Shown here: piece after piece, positions 33,292-45,039 of the stretch
Numbering within the stretch: the first letter of the stretch is position 1
Layout: the number at the start of each line of letters is the position of its first letter
From: Tetramitus jugosus
Taxonomy: Eukaryota; Protista; Heterolobosea
DNA length: 64,000 bases
Reading direction: 5' to 3'
Assembly (NCBI GenBank): GCA_937625935.1
Contig: OW569363.1
Location: 1-64,000, forward strand
The notes under the pieces: model-generated
The model's input: only the letters and a program-made list of their open reading frames with translations
Databases searched by the model: none
Told to the model about the DNA's origin: nothing
Made by a program: the position numbers and the translations under genes

Positions 33292-33834
33292 TTATGATGA
33301 GGAGCTAAATTCCTTGTACATTTGCAAAAATTCGTCAAACTCCATCGAGTCTGCATGCTTCTTACCAAACTTGTGCATGATACTGGAGACGTCAGATTCT
33401 GTGCAAGATTTGCCCATCTGTCTCAACATGCACTCCAACTCACGCATCTCAATAGTGTTCGAGTTATCTGCATCGAACACTGAGAAGACAAACTTTGCAT
33501 TGACAACATCTGGATCAGAACTGTTGATCAGGGGATCTGATTGCAGCTTTTGAATCTTTTTTTCAATTTTCTCTGCTGTGAACAGTCCAACAAACTCATA
33601 AAAGTCCACCTTCTTGTCCTTGTATCGCTTCAACAGCTCCTTCAACTCCTTTTCAGTAAAGATGTGTGAGTACAGATCATTTAACACTTTTTCGAGTTGT
33701 TCCTTGTCGACGTAGCCATCGTGATCGACATCGTCCAACGAAAATTCTTCTCTTAGCTTTTGGAATTCTTGTGGTGTGAGAAGTCCTTCATACAGAGCTT
33801 CCCATTGCTTTGAATCCTGTGGAATAGTTGACAT
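33292..33834 (-). CDS. Calmodulin-like EF-hand protein
   Basis: EF loops DVDHDGYVDKEQL and DADNSNTIEMREL, plus two degenerate loops. Confidence 0.88.
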   Translation of the reverse strand: MSTIPQDSKQWEALYEGLLTPQEFQKLREEFSLDDVDHDGYVDKEQLEKVLNDLYSHIFTEKELKELLKRYKDKKVDFYEFVGLFTAEKIEKKIQKLQSDPLINSSDPDVVNAKFVFSVFDADNSNTIEMRELECMLRQMGKSCTESDVSSIMHKFGKKHADSMEFDEFLQMYKEFSSSS

Positions 33835-34044
33835 GATTGTGATACAGAGCCCAGTACTAGTAAACAAACCTAATCAATGATTCTTGTTGTGCTTGTGCTT
33901 GTTTTGCTTGTTGAGGAGGCCAATGAGGCAGAACAAAGATTGGATAGATCAAAATAAAATGAAATATGGCGTTATTTTTGGATTTAAAAACTCCTTGAAC
34001 GGTGCAACCCGCAGATTTTTTGTAATCCAATACATTCTCTCTGT

Positions 34045-35358
34045 TCAGATGTCTTCAATCTTCAAATCTTGCCACCAGTACTGTACAGTCTTTCTCTTGC
34101 CGCTGACACCTTTGAGAGCGACTTCAGATTTCGTGTAACAGAATTTGGATCGTTCACGTTGTGCATTCTTCATATGCTTCTTGAAAATGTCAACACGATG
34201 ACCGAATGATGGATGAGTCGATATGTAGCTCACAAGATTGGTTTCATGCGGTGCCACTGCCTCCTTTAGCTTGTCGAAACTCTTGATTGCATACTCTGGG
34301 TTGTAGCATGCCCTGCTCATGAGATACAACCCAATTAAATCTGCCTCATACTCGTGCTTTCTTGAGAAGGGTAACAAAACGCCTACTCTCATGAGGAGTT
34401 CATCACCAGGTAAAGCTCCACCAACTACAGTTCTCACCAGAACCAATGCAAGAGCAGATGTAGCCTGTGTAGACATTTGCTCCGCATGATGTCGCAACAG
34501 TGCATGTGAGATCTCATGAGCCATCACAGAAGCAATCATTGACTCCTTCTCATTCACGGACATTATTCTACCCGATCCGTCATCATCAACTCCAAAATGA
34601 AAGAACCCACTCTCATCTTGATTCTTGACTTCAAACAACTTGTCCATCAGTCCCTTGAAGAACACTACTTTTCCACCTGGCAAACAAAACGCATTCTCCA
34701 CATCTTCGTCAACCACAATAAACTCCCATTGGAATCCCAAATCAGTTCCAGCCACACTCTGTATGCGCTTACCCACTCTCTGTACAATTTGTGAGTAGGG
34801 ATGATTCGCAGGTAGCACTCTGGAGCTTCGCTTGATCATTTCAAATTGTTGCTCACCCATGAGCTTTTCTTGCTTGAGCGGCACGAGTAACAACCTTCTT
34901 CGACCAATGACGGGAACTTTTTCAGAGTACGTTGCATAAATGATTGCAAAGATGACTGCACCTGCACTCACAATAAATATCACTCGCCAATTGGTGGGAG
35001 TACGCGATGACGGTTTCAGTGGTTGTCTTTCCCATTCATAACTACCATCATCAAATGAAGATGAACGACGACGATCCCGATGGGGAATAGAGGAGAAGAG
35101 CACAGGTAAGCGAGTATGATATGGAGCGAATTGCATTGGACCAGATTGACTCAACATGGCACAATGATCACCTTGTCGAAACCGATGACCACTATTTGAA
35201 GTTGTCGTAATCTCTGCTCTTGGTGTCGTTGTTCGCATGAGAGATCGAAACTTCAGACCAGGTTGGTGATGATTGGGGGAGAATAATGATGAAGATCGAA
35301 GAAGAAGGAGAGATTGACTTGGACGAATGGTCCTCATCTTGTGAACTGTTGCAAGCAT
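34045..35358 (-). CDS. OMA1: Mitochondrial metalloendopeptidase OMA1-like (peptidase M48)
   Basis: NAFCLPGGKVVFF, HEISH zinc motif, PFSRKHEYEADLIG, STHP, and an R/S-rich presequence-like N-terminus. Start uncertain. Confidence 0.88.
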   Translation of the reverse strand: MLATVHKMRTIRPSQSLLLLRSSSLFSPNHHQPGLKFRSLMRTTTPRAEITTTSNSGHRFRQGDHCAMLSQSGPMQFAPYHTRLPVLFSSIPHRDRRRSSSFDDGSYEWERQPLKPSSRTPTNWRVIFIVSAGAVIFAIIYATYSEKVPVIGRRRLLLVPLKQEKLMGEQQFEMIKRSSRVLPANHPYSQIVQRVGKRIQSVAGTDLGFQWEFIVVDEDVENAFCLPGGKVVFFKGLMDKLFEVKNQDESGFFHFGVDDDGSGRIMSVNEKESMIASVMAHEISHALLRHHAEQMSTQATSALALVLVRTVVGGALPGDELLMRVGVLLPFSRKHEYEADLIGLYLMSRACYNPEYAIKSFDKLKEAVAPHETNLVSYISTHPSFGHRVDIFKKHMKNAQRERSKFCYTKSEVALKGVSGKRKTVQYWWQDLKIEDI

Positions 35359-35769
35359 GATGCTTTTTTGTGATCTCAAATTGTTGTTTTCTTGTTTTGT
35401 TCTAGAGAGATCAGACAAAACTTTATTTTGGGGTCCAACGTTGTGTGCATTTCTCTTGTGTAAACTGCACTAATATTGGGGGATGCCACAGTCTCTCCTT
35501 GATATCCTCATAGTCATGGGTAAGATTGTAGACCAGCATGAGGATTTTGCTCTCCCTTCTCTGAAGGAACAATGGAGAAAGGCGGATCAACTCCATTTCC
35601 TTTGGTTGTGTTTGAGCTACAATTCTCCTCCAAGCTACTCAATTGATTCCCATGATTGTTCACTGTTGCTTACATAGCGTGCATCGATAGTACTGTAAAG
35701 TTTATCTATTCCCCATGAACTTCGCCATTGACTTCGAACCAAGGTGAATTTTCGAACAAGAGAATTGCT

Positions 35770-36888
35770 TTATTGCTCCTCTTCACACAATAAATCCATT
35801 GATTCATTATTGCGTGAGGTTTCACGACTTGCTTCGTCACTGTTGACACCTATTGTTGAATCACGCTTATCTATACTACTCCGAACAACATCATTCGAGA
35901 CTTGTTGCAGTTTCTGTTGTTGACTACTAATATGTTTCATACTCTCCAACTGCTCATGCCGCACAGCTCTCTGAAACTCCAAGTAGTATCTTTTCCGTTC
36001 CTTGGCCCAACGCTTCAAATCATTGAGCAACGTTTTCTTCTTTTGTACTTTTCTTCGATTTACATTAAACGATTCGAACATTTCAGTTCCACTCTTGTAC
36101 CGCAACGAAACGAGTTTCTTTAGGGCCTCTGAATGCTCGTTTTTCCTTGATACAATTTCCCCAGTCGCTATCGATGATGATTCATTCTCCTTCTCATTTA
36201 CAATATTATCATTCGAATTCACACTTGATTTTTCGACCAAAATTTTACTATCATTCTCATTGTTAGCACGACCATCTCCTAGGGACGATGCATGACTCGA
36301 TCCTTGTTCTTGTTGTTGCAACTGATCATAATAATGCGAAAGGAACCAACTTCGACCAAATCCGTACAAGGAGCGCGAAGCAGGATCAGTTGGTTCCGCA
36401 ACAATTTTTCTGCCTAGGATGGAAAAGGTGGGAGCATGAGATTCTTCTGGTTTCACTTCATCACGACCTCCTGGCTCATTAGGACTCGGATTACTACTAC
36501 TGCTATTATTATCATTATTGTTGTTGTTCGTGCTGCTGCTGTTCGAATGACTTGCCTTGACCAAACTTGTCGAATTTCTCCTGTCATTGTTCATTTCTGT
36601 AATTACGGCGGCTTGCCGTTGTTGCCACTTGAAAATATCGCGCTTTCGAATGGGCGAAGTCGATGTAGTCATGCTCTGTGACGCCGTTTCATCATCTGCA
36701 ATCATTAGTTCATCGTCCTCATAATCATCATCTGCCAGAAAGAAATCATTTCGTTGTTGAATATAGGATCCATCAATGCCCAACTCATTCTCAGCGGTTG
36801 CACGACCATCGTTTTCGGTTCGTTCTTGTAGTCGTTGTTTTTTCAGACTCGTTTCACTATCGTGAGTCGTTTGGTTCAGCGTTGACAT
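35770..36888 (-). CDS. Hypothetical protein, largely disordered
   Basis: 372-aa ATG-initiated ORF with poly-N/S tracts like neighbouring genes. No recognised domain. Confidence 0.65.
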   Translation of the reverse strand: MSTLNQTTHDSETSLKKQRLQERTENDGRATAENELGIDGSYIQQRNDFFLADDDYEDDELMIADDETASQSMTTSTSPIRKRDIFKWQQRQAAVITEMNNDRRNSTSLVKASHSNSSSTNNNNNDNNSSSSNPSPNEPGGRDEVKPEESHAPTFSILGRKIVAEPTDPASRSLYGFGRSWFLSHYYDQLQQQEQGSSHASSLGDGRANNENDSKILVEKSSVNSNDNIVNEKENESSSIATGEIVSRKNEHSEALKKLVSLRYKSGTEMFESFNVNRRKVQKKKTLLNDLKRWAKERKRYYLEFQRAVRHEQLESMKHISSQQQKLQQVSNDVVRSSIDKRDSTIGVNSDEASRETSRNNESMDLLCEEEQ

Positions 36889-37306
36889 GGTATGCTAGCA
36901 AGTCAATGAGTTTGGAGGAAGAGATTGATGCACAACAGAAAATGTACAATGGTTCGTTCCACAATCAGGTTCTGTTCTCAGGTTTTCGTTTGAGCTAAAA
37001 TTTTAACGGTTTTCTGCGGGGTTTTTCTCATTTTCACGACTTCTCCTTTAGTGAAGATTCCACTCGCACTACGGTCCTGCGGGGTCCCACACATGTTCAC
37101 ATAAAACACAGTTTCCCACCAATATTCATACTCTTCGAGTGTCAATCTCCACTTTTAGTCCACCACCACCTTGCGCTTCGTTGAAGTAAAATAACAACGG
37201 TCGATGTGAGTGAACAAACTTCCATCAGGAATCCCGTTCAAGGACATCATCTCAAAATTCACAAACAACTAACACAACAAACAAACAACATATAAATCAA
37301 ATCAAA

Positions 37307-38464
37307 ATGAGTACATCAACAAATAGCAACGCTAGAGGATTGTTCTGGTTGGGTGTTTGGTTCGCTCTGAATCTCGCCATCAACGTCTCCAACAAATACC
37401 TCTTGTCTCACACTGTTTTCCACTTGCCCATTCTGTTGACTGTCGCTCATTTAATTTTTAATGCGATTGGCGCCAAAATTGTCTTGTACTACCAAGACAG
37501 CAAAAATGTCAACAAGAAGAAGCTTTTGAACAATAACAACAACAACAACACCACGAGTAGTAGTACCAGCACTGCTGAAGTGAATAGCCATCATCAGTCA
37601 TTGATTATCGATGATCAACATCCTCAGGGAACAAGTCGAAAAAATAAGAGCTCTGTCATCACAGTCAATGAAGGCACAACCACCACTACCACCACCAATC
37701 CAAATAACAATATCAATAATAATAATAGTAACAACACTAATAATACTAATAATAATAACAACAATTGGATATTGGTAGCTTTTACCATCATTTATTGTCT
37801 AAATATTGCATTTGGTAACATTTGTAACAAGTTGGTGAATTTGAGCTTTGGTACCTTGTTTCGAAGCACGATTCCCATCTTTATCATGGTCCTATCGTAT
37901 TTTGTCATGGGTACGAAACCGTCGACTCGTGTCACACTCTCTGTCATTCCCATTGTTGTCGGTGTAGCCGTAACAACACAAGGAGAAGTCGAAGCAACTA
38001 TTCCTTCACTTGTGATTCTGTTTTTGGGTAACATGTTGTCTGCTTCAAAGTCTGTTTTGAGTAATAGAGCAATGAAGGAGGACAATAGTAATCCAGTGGT
38101 TTTGATTGATCGATTGTCGTTGCCCTCTGCTGTTTTATCACTGTTTTTTGCCTATTTGGCCGGTGAGATTGACACATTGATGGAAATATGGGATCAAATC
38201 ACCTTTTTTCCACTGTTTTTGATTGTGTTTACGGCTTCGGTTGCCTTTGGATTGAACTGGGCCAATTTTTTGGCTGTCAAGTACACGAGTGCACTCACCA
38301 TGTCTGTCAGTGCAAACACAAAGCAAGTGCTAGTCATTGTGATTGGTGTCCTACTGTTCAAGAACCCTGTCAACACATTTAACATGATTGGTTGTGTGAT
38401 TGCCATTGCGGGCATGTCATGGTACTCCTATGTAAGATATCAAGAGTCTCAGACTAGGAAATAA
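37307..38464 (+). CDS. Triose-phosphate/nucleotide-sugar transporter family (SLC35E-like)
   Basis: About 10 TM helices; NKYLL...PILLTVAH, TSALTMSVSANTKQV and G..IAIAGMSWYSY. Confidence 0.92.
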   Translation: MSTSTNSNARGLFWLGVWFALNLAINVSNKYLLSHTVFHLPILLTVAHLIFNAIGAKIVLYYQDSKNVNKKKLLNNNNNNNTTSSSTSTAEVNSHHQSLIIDDQHPQGTSRKNKSSVITVNEGTTTTTTTNPNNNINNNNSNNTNNTNNNNNNWILVAFTIIYCLNIAFGNICNKLVNLSFGTLFRSTIPIFIMVLSYFVMGTKPSTRVTLSVIPIVVGVAVTTQGEVEATIPSLVILFLGNMLSASKSVLSNRAMKEDNSNPVVLIDRLSLPSAVLSLFFAYLAGEIDTLMEIWDQITFFPLFLIVFTASVAFGLNWANFLAVKYTSALTMSVSANTKQVLVIVIGVLLFKNPVNTFNMIGCVIAIAGMSWYSYVRYQESQTRK

Positions 38465-38673
38465 AAACCACAATTAATAATAATAATAATAATAATAATA
38501 GCTCGAGCAAGCCTTGAACAAACTTGACAAAAAACGATCATCGTAGCAACACTCGCTTTTTATTATTACAGAAGCCAATACTCACTCAAAAACACATCAT
38601 GATTTGTGCATGTACACCTACTTTGTACTGCGCTCGCGTGTGTGTGTGTTTTGATGTGTGTGTAGCTGGATTA

Positions 38674-39321
38674 TTACGATGATTGAAAAAAGAGACTATC
38701 GAGATCCAAAATGGAATCCATATTCATAAATGATGACGATGATGACAATGTCGAAGATGGTGATTGAGATTGTTGATTGATTTGCACAGGAGTTGAAGTG
38801 ATGGATAATGATTGATTTTGATTTTGATTCTGGTGATGATGAATTATGGCAAGAGATGATGATGCGGTGGATGCTGGTGATTGATAATGTGGTTGTTGCG
38901 TTGGATGGTTGTTATTGTGCTGCAGCATTTCACCATGATGATGATGATGATTAAAAGTTCTCACCTGTTGCGCATGATAAAGCTGGCTCATTGAGTACAA
39001 TGACTGCTGCTGTTGTTGTTGTAATAGCTTTTCTCTTCTCAGTCCAATTGCCAATAATTCTTGCAATGATTCTTGCTTGTATAGTACATAGGATGGTTGT
39101 TGTTGAGGATTGGATGGCGAGGAGAAAGAGTAATGAGAAGCATGAGGAATATTCGGTTCTTCCTTGAAATTCCAAGGAATGTACATGTGATTCTGACCTG
39201 GAGGCATGGAAGGCATAGGAGTATTGTTCAGGAAGATTGGTAGTGGCGATACTTGAATCGTTTGATTATTGATATCAAGAGGAATGGTTGTTTGTTGGGA
39301 CTGTGCGGGAGCTGTGGACAT
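38674..39321 (-). CDS. Hypothetical Q/H/S-rich protein
   Basis: ATG-initiated 215-aa low-complexity ORF; 5' boundary uncertain. Confidence 0.55.
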   Translation of the reverse strand: MSTAPAQSQQTTIPLDINNQTIQVSPLPIFLNNTPMPSMPPGQNHMYIPWNFKEEPNIPHASHYSFSSPSNPQQQPSYVLYKQESLQELLAIGLRREKLLQQQQQQSLYSMSQLYHAQQVRTFNHHHHHGEMLQHNNNHPTQQPHYQSPASTASSSLAIIHHHQNQNQNQSLSITSTPVQINQQSQSPSSTLSSSSSFMNMDSILDLDSLFFQSS

Positions 39322-39448
39322 TGTTCGTTTTTGTGACACTGCACTACGACAATTTTGATTGCAAACTCCTTTATATCAAAAAAGAAATTGAATCGGAAAA
39401 AAAATAGACGGAGAATTGTTGAGCTCAACTCTCCTGCAAGAAATTGCG

Positions 39449-40189
39449 ATGAAGGTTGTTGATTATTTTGTTGCTGCAGGTCTCTATTGTTTATTAACCA
39501 CTAACAAAAAAGATTCATATGTTCCCACCAAGGGAGTGAAAAAAAGTGTCAAAGCTTTTTGGTCGATTGGAAAGGTTGGGGCGATTGGGACCATCGTGCT
39601 AGGGCTTTGTGTGGCAGTCCGGTTGTTTCCAAGATTTGTTCGTGGCCAAAGAGCAAAAGGTGAAACTCCTTGCACTCCTCCTCAGCAGCAAACATCTGAA
39701 GGGGAATGTTCTGTGACTGATAAACAGCTCAAATTGGAAGCAGAATATGAGACAACAAAGAAGAAGGAAGCTGCCGCTTTTGTGGTTGGAGAATCCATCG
39801 ATTGGCCTCTTCTTCCACCAGGAAAGAAAGGGCCAGATTCAACAACGAATACAACCTATAAGAGAGATATTTCTCATAATGAGAACAAAAAAAAGAACAC
39901 CAAAGAGCAATTGAAACAACAACAGGGAAAGAAAACGCAAAAGAAATTGACTCCGTATCAAGGGCCTGACAAAGTATTTGGTAAGTTTGAGTGCGACGAG
40001 TGCCATCGGTTTTGGGACAGTGCACACTCATGGGCCAACATGGCACAACAATGTGAGAATTGTGACAGGTGGGTTTACCCTCATGACCAATCGAAGTTGA
40101 AAAGATCTTCGTTTTACATTGATATCGCCAAACCTCATCAAAAAGAAAGGTGCATGAAATGCCGCTCCCTGGAACACTCTTGCGCATAA
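39449..40189 (+). CDS. Membrane-anchored ZCCHC24/ZAR1-type 3CxxC zinc-finger protein, copy 1
   Basis: [46 protein letters not shown]...KPHQKERCMKC matches the ZCCHC24 C-terminal 3CxxC domain. N-terminal hydrophobic segments. Confidence 0.85.
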   Translation: MKVVDYFVAAGLYCLLTTNKKDSYVPTKGVKKSVKAFWSIGKVGAIGTIVLGLCVAVRLFPRFVRGQRAKGETPCTPPQQQTSEGECSVTDKQLKLEAEYETTKKKEAAAFVVGESIDWPLLPPGKKGPDSTTNTTYKRDISHNENKKKNTKEQLKQQQGKKTQKKLTPYQGPDKVFGKFECDECHRFWDSAHSWANMAQQCENCDRWVYPHDQSKLKRSSFYIDIAKPHQKERCMKCRSLEHSCA

Positions 40190-40682
40190 AGTACAAGTTC
40201 GGACACTTGGTACTGACCAATTCATTGTTCGCTTGGCGTGCTAGGAACGTCGGATTTTATATTGTGTTTTATAAAACAGGTTGTTCCCGAACTTTTTTCA
40301 CAACAAGATTACGAACTGCGATTAACTTCGTGCCAAGGACTGAAATAGTAATTGGCAAGAATCATTAGGAAAAGAATGAACTCATGGTGTTTGCCCAGGA
40401 TATACAACGAACTGGAAAAGCACAGAAACACGCAGCAACGCAAGAATTATGATGAGTGGGTTGATCCTTATAATCTAACATGGGAGGAGCAGTATTGATA
40501 TACAAACCTCATCTAAGTGACAAAGGCATCGAATTGGGCTTCTCTTGTACGTACTAAATTTGTTTTGAAGGCTATCCTTGTATCTCGGATTAATGTAACT
40601 CAAGAGACTTGTGCTCCACAATGAGGGCGCAAGCTCCTTTTATGAACCAAAGGAAATTGTATCGGGAAAATCGAAGGGATAA

Positions 40683-41549
<867 letters not shown>

Positions 41550-41716
41550 TTTAAGCTCGTAATAGATCTGAAGACCCGGATCTGCTAGGTAAGTACTGAA
41601 TAAATTCATTGATAGTGTCTAACTTTATTTACAAATGTAATAATGATTTGTTGTTTCTTGGTCTTTAGTTGATTGTTCGATCAACATTTTTCTCGTTATC
41701 TAATTTTCTTATTCTT

Positions 41717-42958
41717 CTATTGTTGAGAGTGATGGGGTGTCAATGGAGTAGATGGTTGAGCCATTGGTGGAGAAACATTCATGTTTGGTGTGACATCAAT
41801 CGGTTGTTGTTGTTGTTGTTGAGCTTGCTGTTGCTGTTCAGTTGACCATTCAGTAGCGGTGGTAGTAGTAGTTGATGGCTCCACTTGTTGTTCATAGCGA
41901 GATTGATGCGGGTTGGGTCCACTCTTCAAATGAATGATACTCAACACGAGCAGAGCTTGCTGAACGATAAACACAAGGAAAACGAGCCAAACTGAAAATG
42001 TGGATCTCAGAGCTCTGTAGGACCATCTTTGGTGAGTCACTCGTCCCATCATCAACATGGACCAACCGACCAAATCATATGCCAAGATACCGGTGAATAT
42101 TCCCATGAGAACATTATCCTTTCGTTTGATACCTAGGAATGCCAGAGCTGTCGCAGCCATCTTGACCGGTGTTCCCAAAAAGTCAAATGAGAAGAACAAG
42201 AGAATGAATGACAATAGGAGGTAGACGAACAAAGTGATTTGGAATCCTCGTGTGAATGGACAGTATCCCAATTGTGAAGTAGTGTGGTGGCGAGTAGAGA
42301 TGAGGTGAGACAACCAGCGACAACATGAGGAAGGATGACTTCTTGGTGTGGTTGTCGGTTGAGGAGGATACAATGATGGATGATGAGTTCCTCCGAGAAG
42401 TGGTTGTTGTGAGTATTGTTGTTGTTGTTGTGGGTCCATGAATAGCACATGAGGATTGGGTTGTTGTTGTTGTTGGTTCAATTGTTGTTGCATGACAGAT
42501 TGATTGGTTGGATGATGGTGCATCACGTATGGAGTTGGAAAGATGTTTGGATGAGTTGTAGGGAACGAGTGTGGTTGTTGAATGGGTGGAGGTGGTGGCA
42601 CTTCTGGATGGAGGATGTGAGCCGACGATGGAGGTTGTCTATCCGCACTGGTTGACTCGTTGTTTGATGAGGGAGTTGGTTGTGGGAAGGGAGGAGGTGG
42701 TGGACCTTGGTAGTAGTGGGTGGGAGGTCGAGGGAACATTGGATCGGCGTTCGAGTGGTGCTGATGTGGAGGAGGTGGAGGTGGCACTTGATGCATAATG
42801 GGTTTCATACGATCGAAATACTCTGCTTGTGTTTGTAACGATTGTGTTGTTGGTTCAGTTTCCACGTTCTTTGTGGTTCCACATGAAACTCTGGTTAAAT
42901 CGGGGTCTTTTAGTTGACTCGCGCTGGAGTTTGATCTCTTGTTTTTTGTAACCTCCAT
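41717..42958 (-). CDS. Pro/Gln-rich protein with ~4 TM helices
   Basis: 413-aa ORF with PPPP/QQQ-rich termini and four hydrophobic segments at about aa 240-345. Confidence 0.75.
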   Translation of the reverse strand: MEVTKNKRSNSSASQLKDPDLTRVSCGTTKNVETEPTTQSLQTQAEYFDRMKPIMHQVPPPPPPHQHHSNADPMFPRPPTHYYQGPPPPPFPQPTPSSNNESTSADRQPPSSAHILHPEVPPPPPIQQPHSFPTTHPNIFPTPYVMHHHPTNQSVMQQQLNQQQQQPNPHVLFMDPQQQQQYSQQPLLGGTHHPSLYPPQPTTTPRSHPSSCCRWLSHLISTRHHTTSQLGYCPFTRGFQITLFVYLLLSFILLFFSFDFLGTPVKMAATALAFLGIKRKDNVLMGIFTGILAYDLVGWSMLMMGRVTHQRWSYRALRSTFSVWLVFLVFIVQQALLVLSIIHLKSGPNPHQSRYEQQVEPSTTTTTATEWSTEQQQQAQQQQQQPIDVTPNMNVSPPMAQPSTPLTPHHSQQ

Positions 42959-43716
42959 CTAAAATTAATCAAAAATCAATGCCGTTTTGATTTACTGAGC
43001 TGCCATTTCAGGTCGACTTTACAAAACCGTTCTTTTTTCCAGGAGTCCATTTATCCAATGGAGTTGAGTGAAATTGCCTCGCAAGGTAATTTAGGAGATG
43101 AAGTTCCAGTTGTTTACTGGAAGAACTAGTTGGCTTCCTCCCAGATGATCAGATAGGCCACCCACATGCATACTGGAGCCCATTGAATATATGAGCTGAA
43201 TCTGAAAAACTCACTGAGGTCAAGCGAAAGTTGAGTTCTGAAAATCAAAGATATCAGGGGTTTCAAAACAGACCTGGTTTCAAAAGGAGGTATGGTCCTG
43301 CATACCAAGTTAGAAACGAGCAAAGCAACAAGAATTTTAAACACATGGGGGCCTGTACTTGGCGAATGAATAATCTGGAATCAATATTCATTGGAGTGAG
43401 TGTGGTTGTTCCTTGTGACGTCGTAAGTGCAACGAATGCACAACAACATATCACAGCAACGGGAAATGATAGTGATACCGCAATGGCTATGACAGCGAAT
43501 CTGAACCCACCAGAACCCTCAGAAATGCGGTCAACAAGAACAGTACGGAAAGGGTTCTCGTATAGTCTCTATGATGTGAAATGAGCGAACTTCCGACGCT
43601 TGAACTTCTCACGACCCATACTTCCTTGAACACGAATGGGAACAATTTTTTCTTTATTTGTTGGCTGTTTGGATGCCACAATTTCAATTCAAACAATTCC
43701 AAGCGTATTGATTAAG

Positions 43717-43810
43717 CCTTCACTGTCCAGAGTCACAAAGTGGCTTGTGGGATCGCGCTCTATTCCGAGTTGCTGTCCCATTTTCTTTTTACCCCAAGTA
43801 ACAGAAGTTT
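43717..43810. repeat. Copy 1 of a ~90 bp direct repeat (copy 2 at ~45136-45225) bracketing the cofilin gene
   Basis: ccttcactgtccagagtcacaaagtggct(t/c)gtgggat...gctctattccgagttg...tcccattttctt...aacagaagtt is present at both sites. Confidence 0.85.
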
Positions 43811-44159
43811 GTTCTAGCTTTGACATGAAGCGAACCTATTCTTGATTGTGATGAAATTAAGGTCGTCATCGCCCTTGAATGCATGGTGTTGTAAGCACCG
43901 CAAACAAACAAACTTATGTATTGGCCATCTTTAGAATTTAAGAAATCAGCTGAGCGAAATTGATGACTTGACGAACGGAATATTGAACGTCACAGATGAT
44001 TGACGAACGGGATACTTGACCTACGAACTGCAGGTAATGACTTGAACAGCTGTGTATTAAAGGACATTATGTGCCAGAGCCTAGTACAAATCAACAACTC
44101 ACACAAAAACACAAGACAGCATTACCACTGAGTAACTAACTCTAATACTTCTACTCAAG

Positions 44160-44591
44160 ATGACTCAAACTGGAATCCCAACCCATGACAATGCTATTAC
44201 CACATTCAGAAACATCTTCCTCAAGGGTGAACATAAATATGTTACCTTCCTTATTAAAGATGGTTCTATTCAAGTGGAGCGAACTGGTGCTTCTCTAGAA
44301 GAGTTGGTTCAAGGTTTACCAAGCAATGAATGCAGATATGCCGTCTACAGAGCCAACTACACTGTCCCTTCTGAAATCCAAGGAATAGCGGACAGTCAAA
44401 GAAGCAAGAGTGTAATGATACTGTGGGCTCCATCAACTGCCACCATTAGAAACAAATTTGTCTACTCTGCTACACGAATTCCTTTTGGAAATCGTATCGG
44501 CTTCTCTGGATTGGGTATTCAAACTGGCGATGTTAACCAGCTCTCTGAAGAAGAGATCTTGGGAAAATGCAAGGCTTTCTTCAAGCATTAA
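44160..44591 (+). CDS. ADF/cofilin-family actin-depolymerising factor (divergent)
   Basis: 143 aa; LPSNECRYAVY, RSKSVMILWAPSTATIRNKFVYSAT. Confidence 0.88.
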   Translation: MTQTGIPTHDNAITTFRNIFLKGEHKYVTFLIKDGSIQVERTGASLEELVQGLPSNECRYAVYRANYTVPSEIQGIADSQRSKSVMILWAPSTATIRNKFVYSATRIPFGNRIGFSGLGIQTGDVNQLSEEEILGKCKAFFKH

Positions 44592-45039
44592 TCTCATTCT
44601 AGGGAAGTCTTCAGCCTTCCTCAATCATGTACATCACATATCGCCCAGCTCCATCGTATTGGATCACACTTAACAATTAAACTTCTCTTTTGTCACAAAG
44701 CCCTATGCCATTGTTCTGCTTCGAGTCCAAAGATCTTTGACACAAAACTGTATCTGATTAAGAAATGTGGAGTAAATCAAAGTCCCTGCTGGAGTTGGCG
44801 TATACAAATTAAAAATACTTTTGCATCATTGTCTTGTTTGGTTGAAATTCTGCGAGTGTTGAAAGTCATGAGTGAGAAGAGCAGCAACTGTTGTTTACAA
44901 TGAAACGGTCTCAATCACTCTACGACCTGTGTGAGGTGTCGACTAAGCTTCTCATGACCCTACTTTTTTCTTCGTTAGTTGTGCCTGTAGTTAAGAAGGA
45001 ATGGGTACTACAATCTCGAAAATCCTCAGGGAGTGAAAC

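Noticed and set aside
35430-35765. Possible structured ncRNA (RNase P/MRP-like P4 pairing AGUUCAUGGG / CCCAUGACU on the minus strand)
   Set aside because: Other conserved regions and a P1 helix are not convincing, and part of it reads as decayed coding sequence. An Infernal search with the nuclear RNase P and RNase MRP models would settle it.
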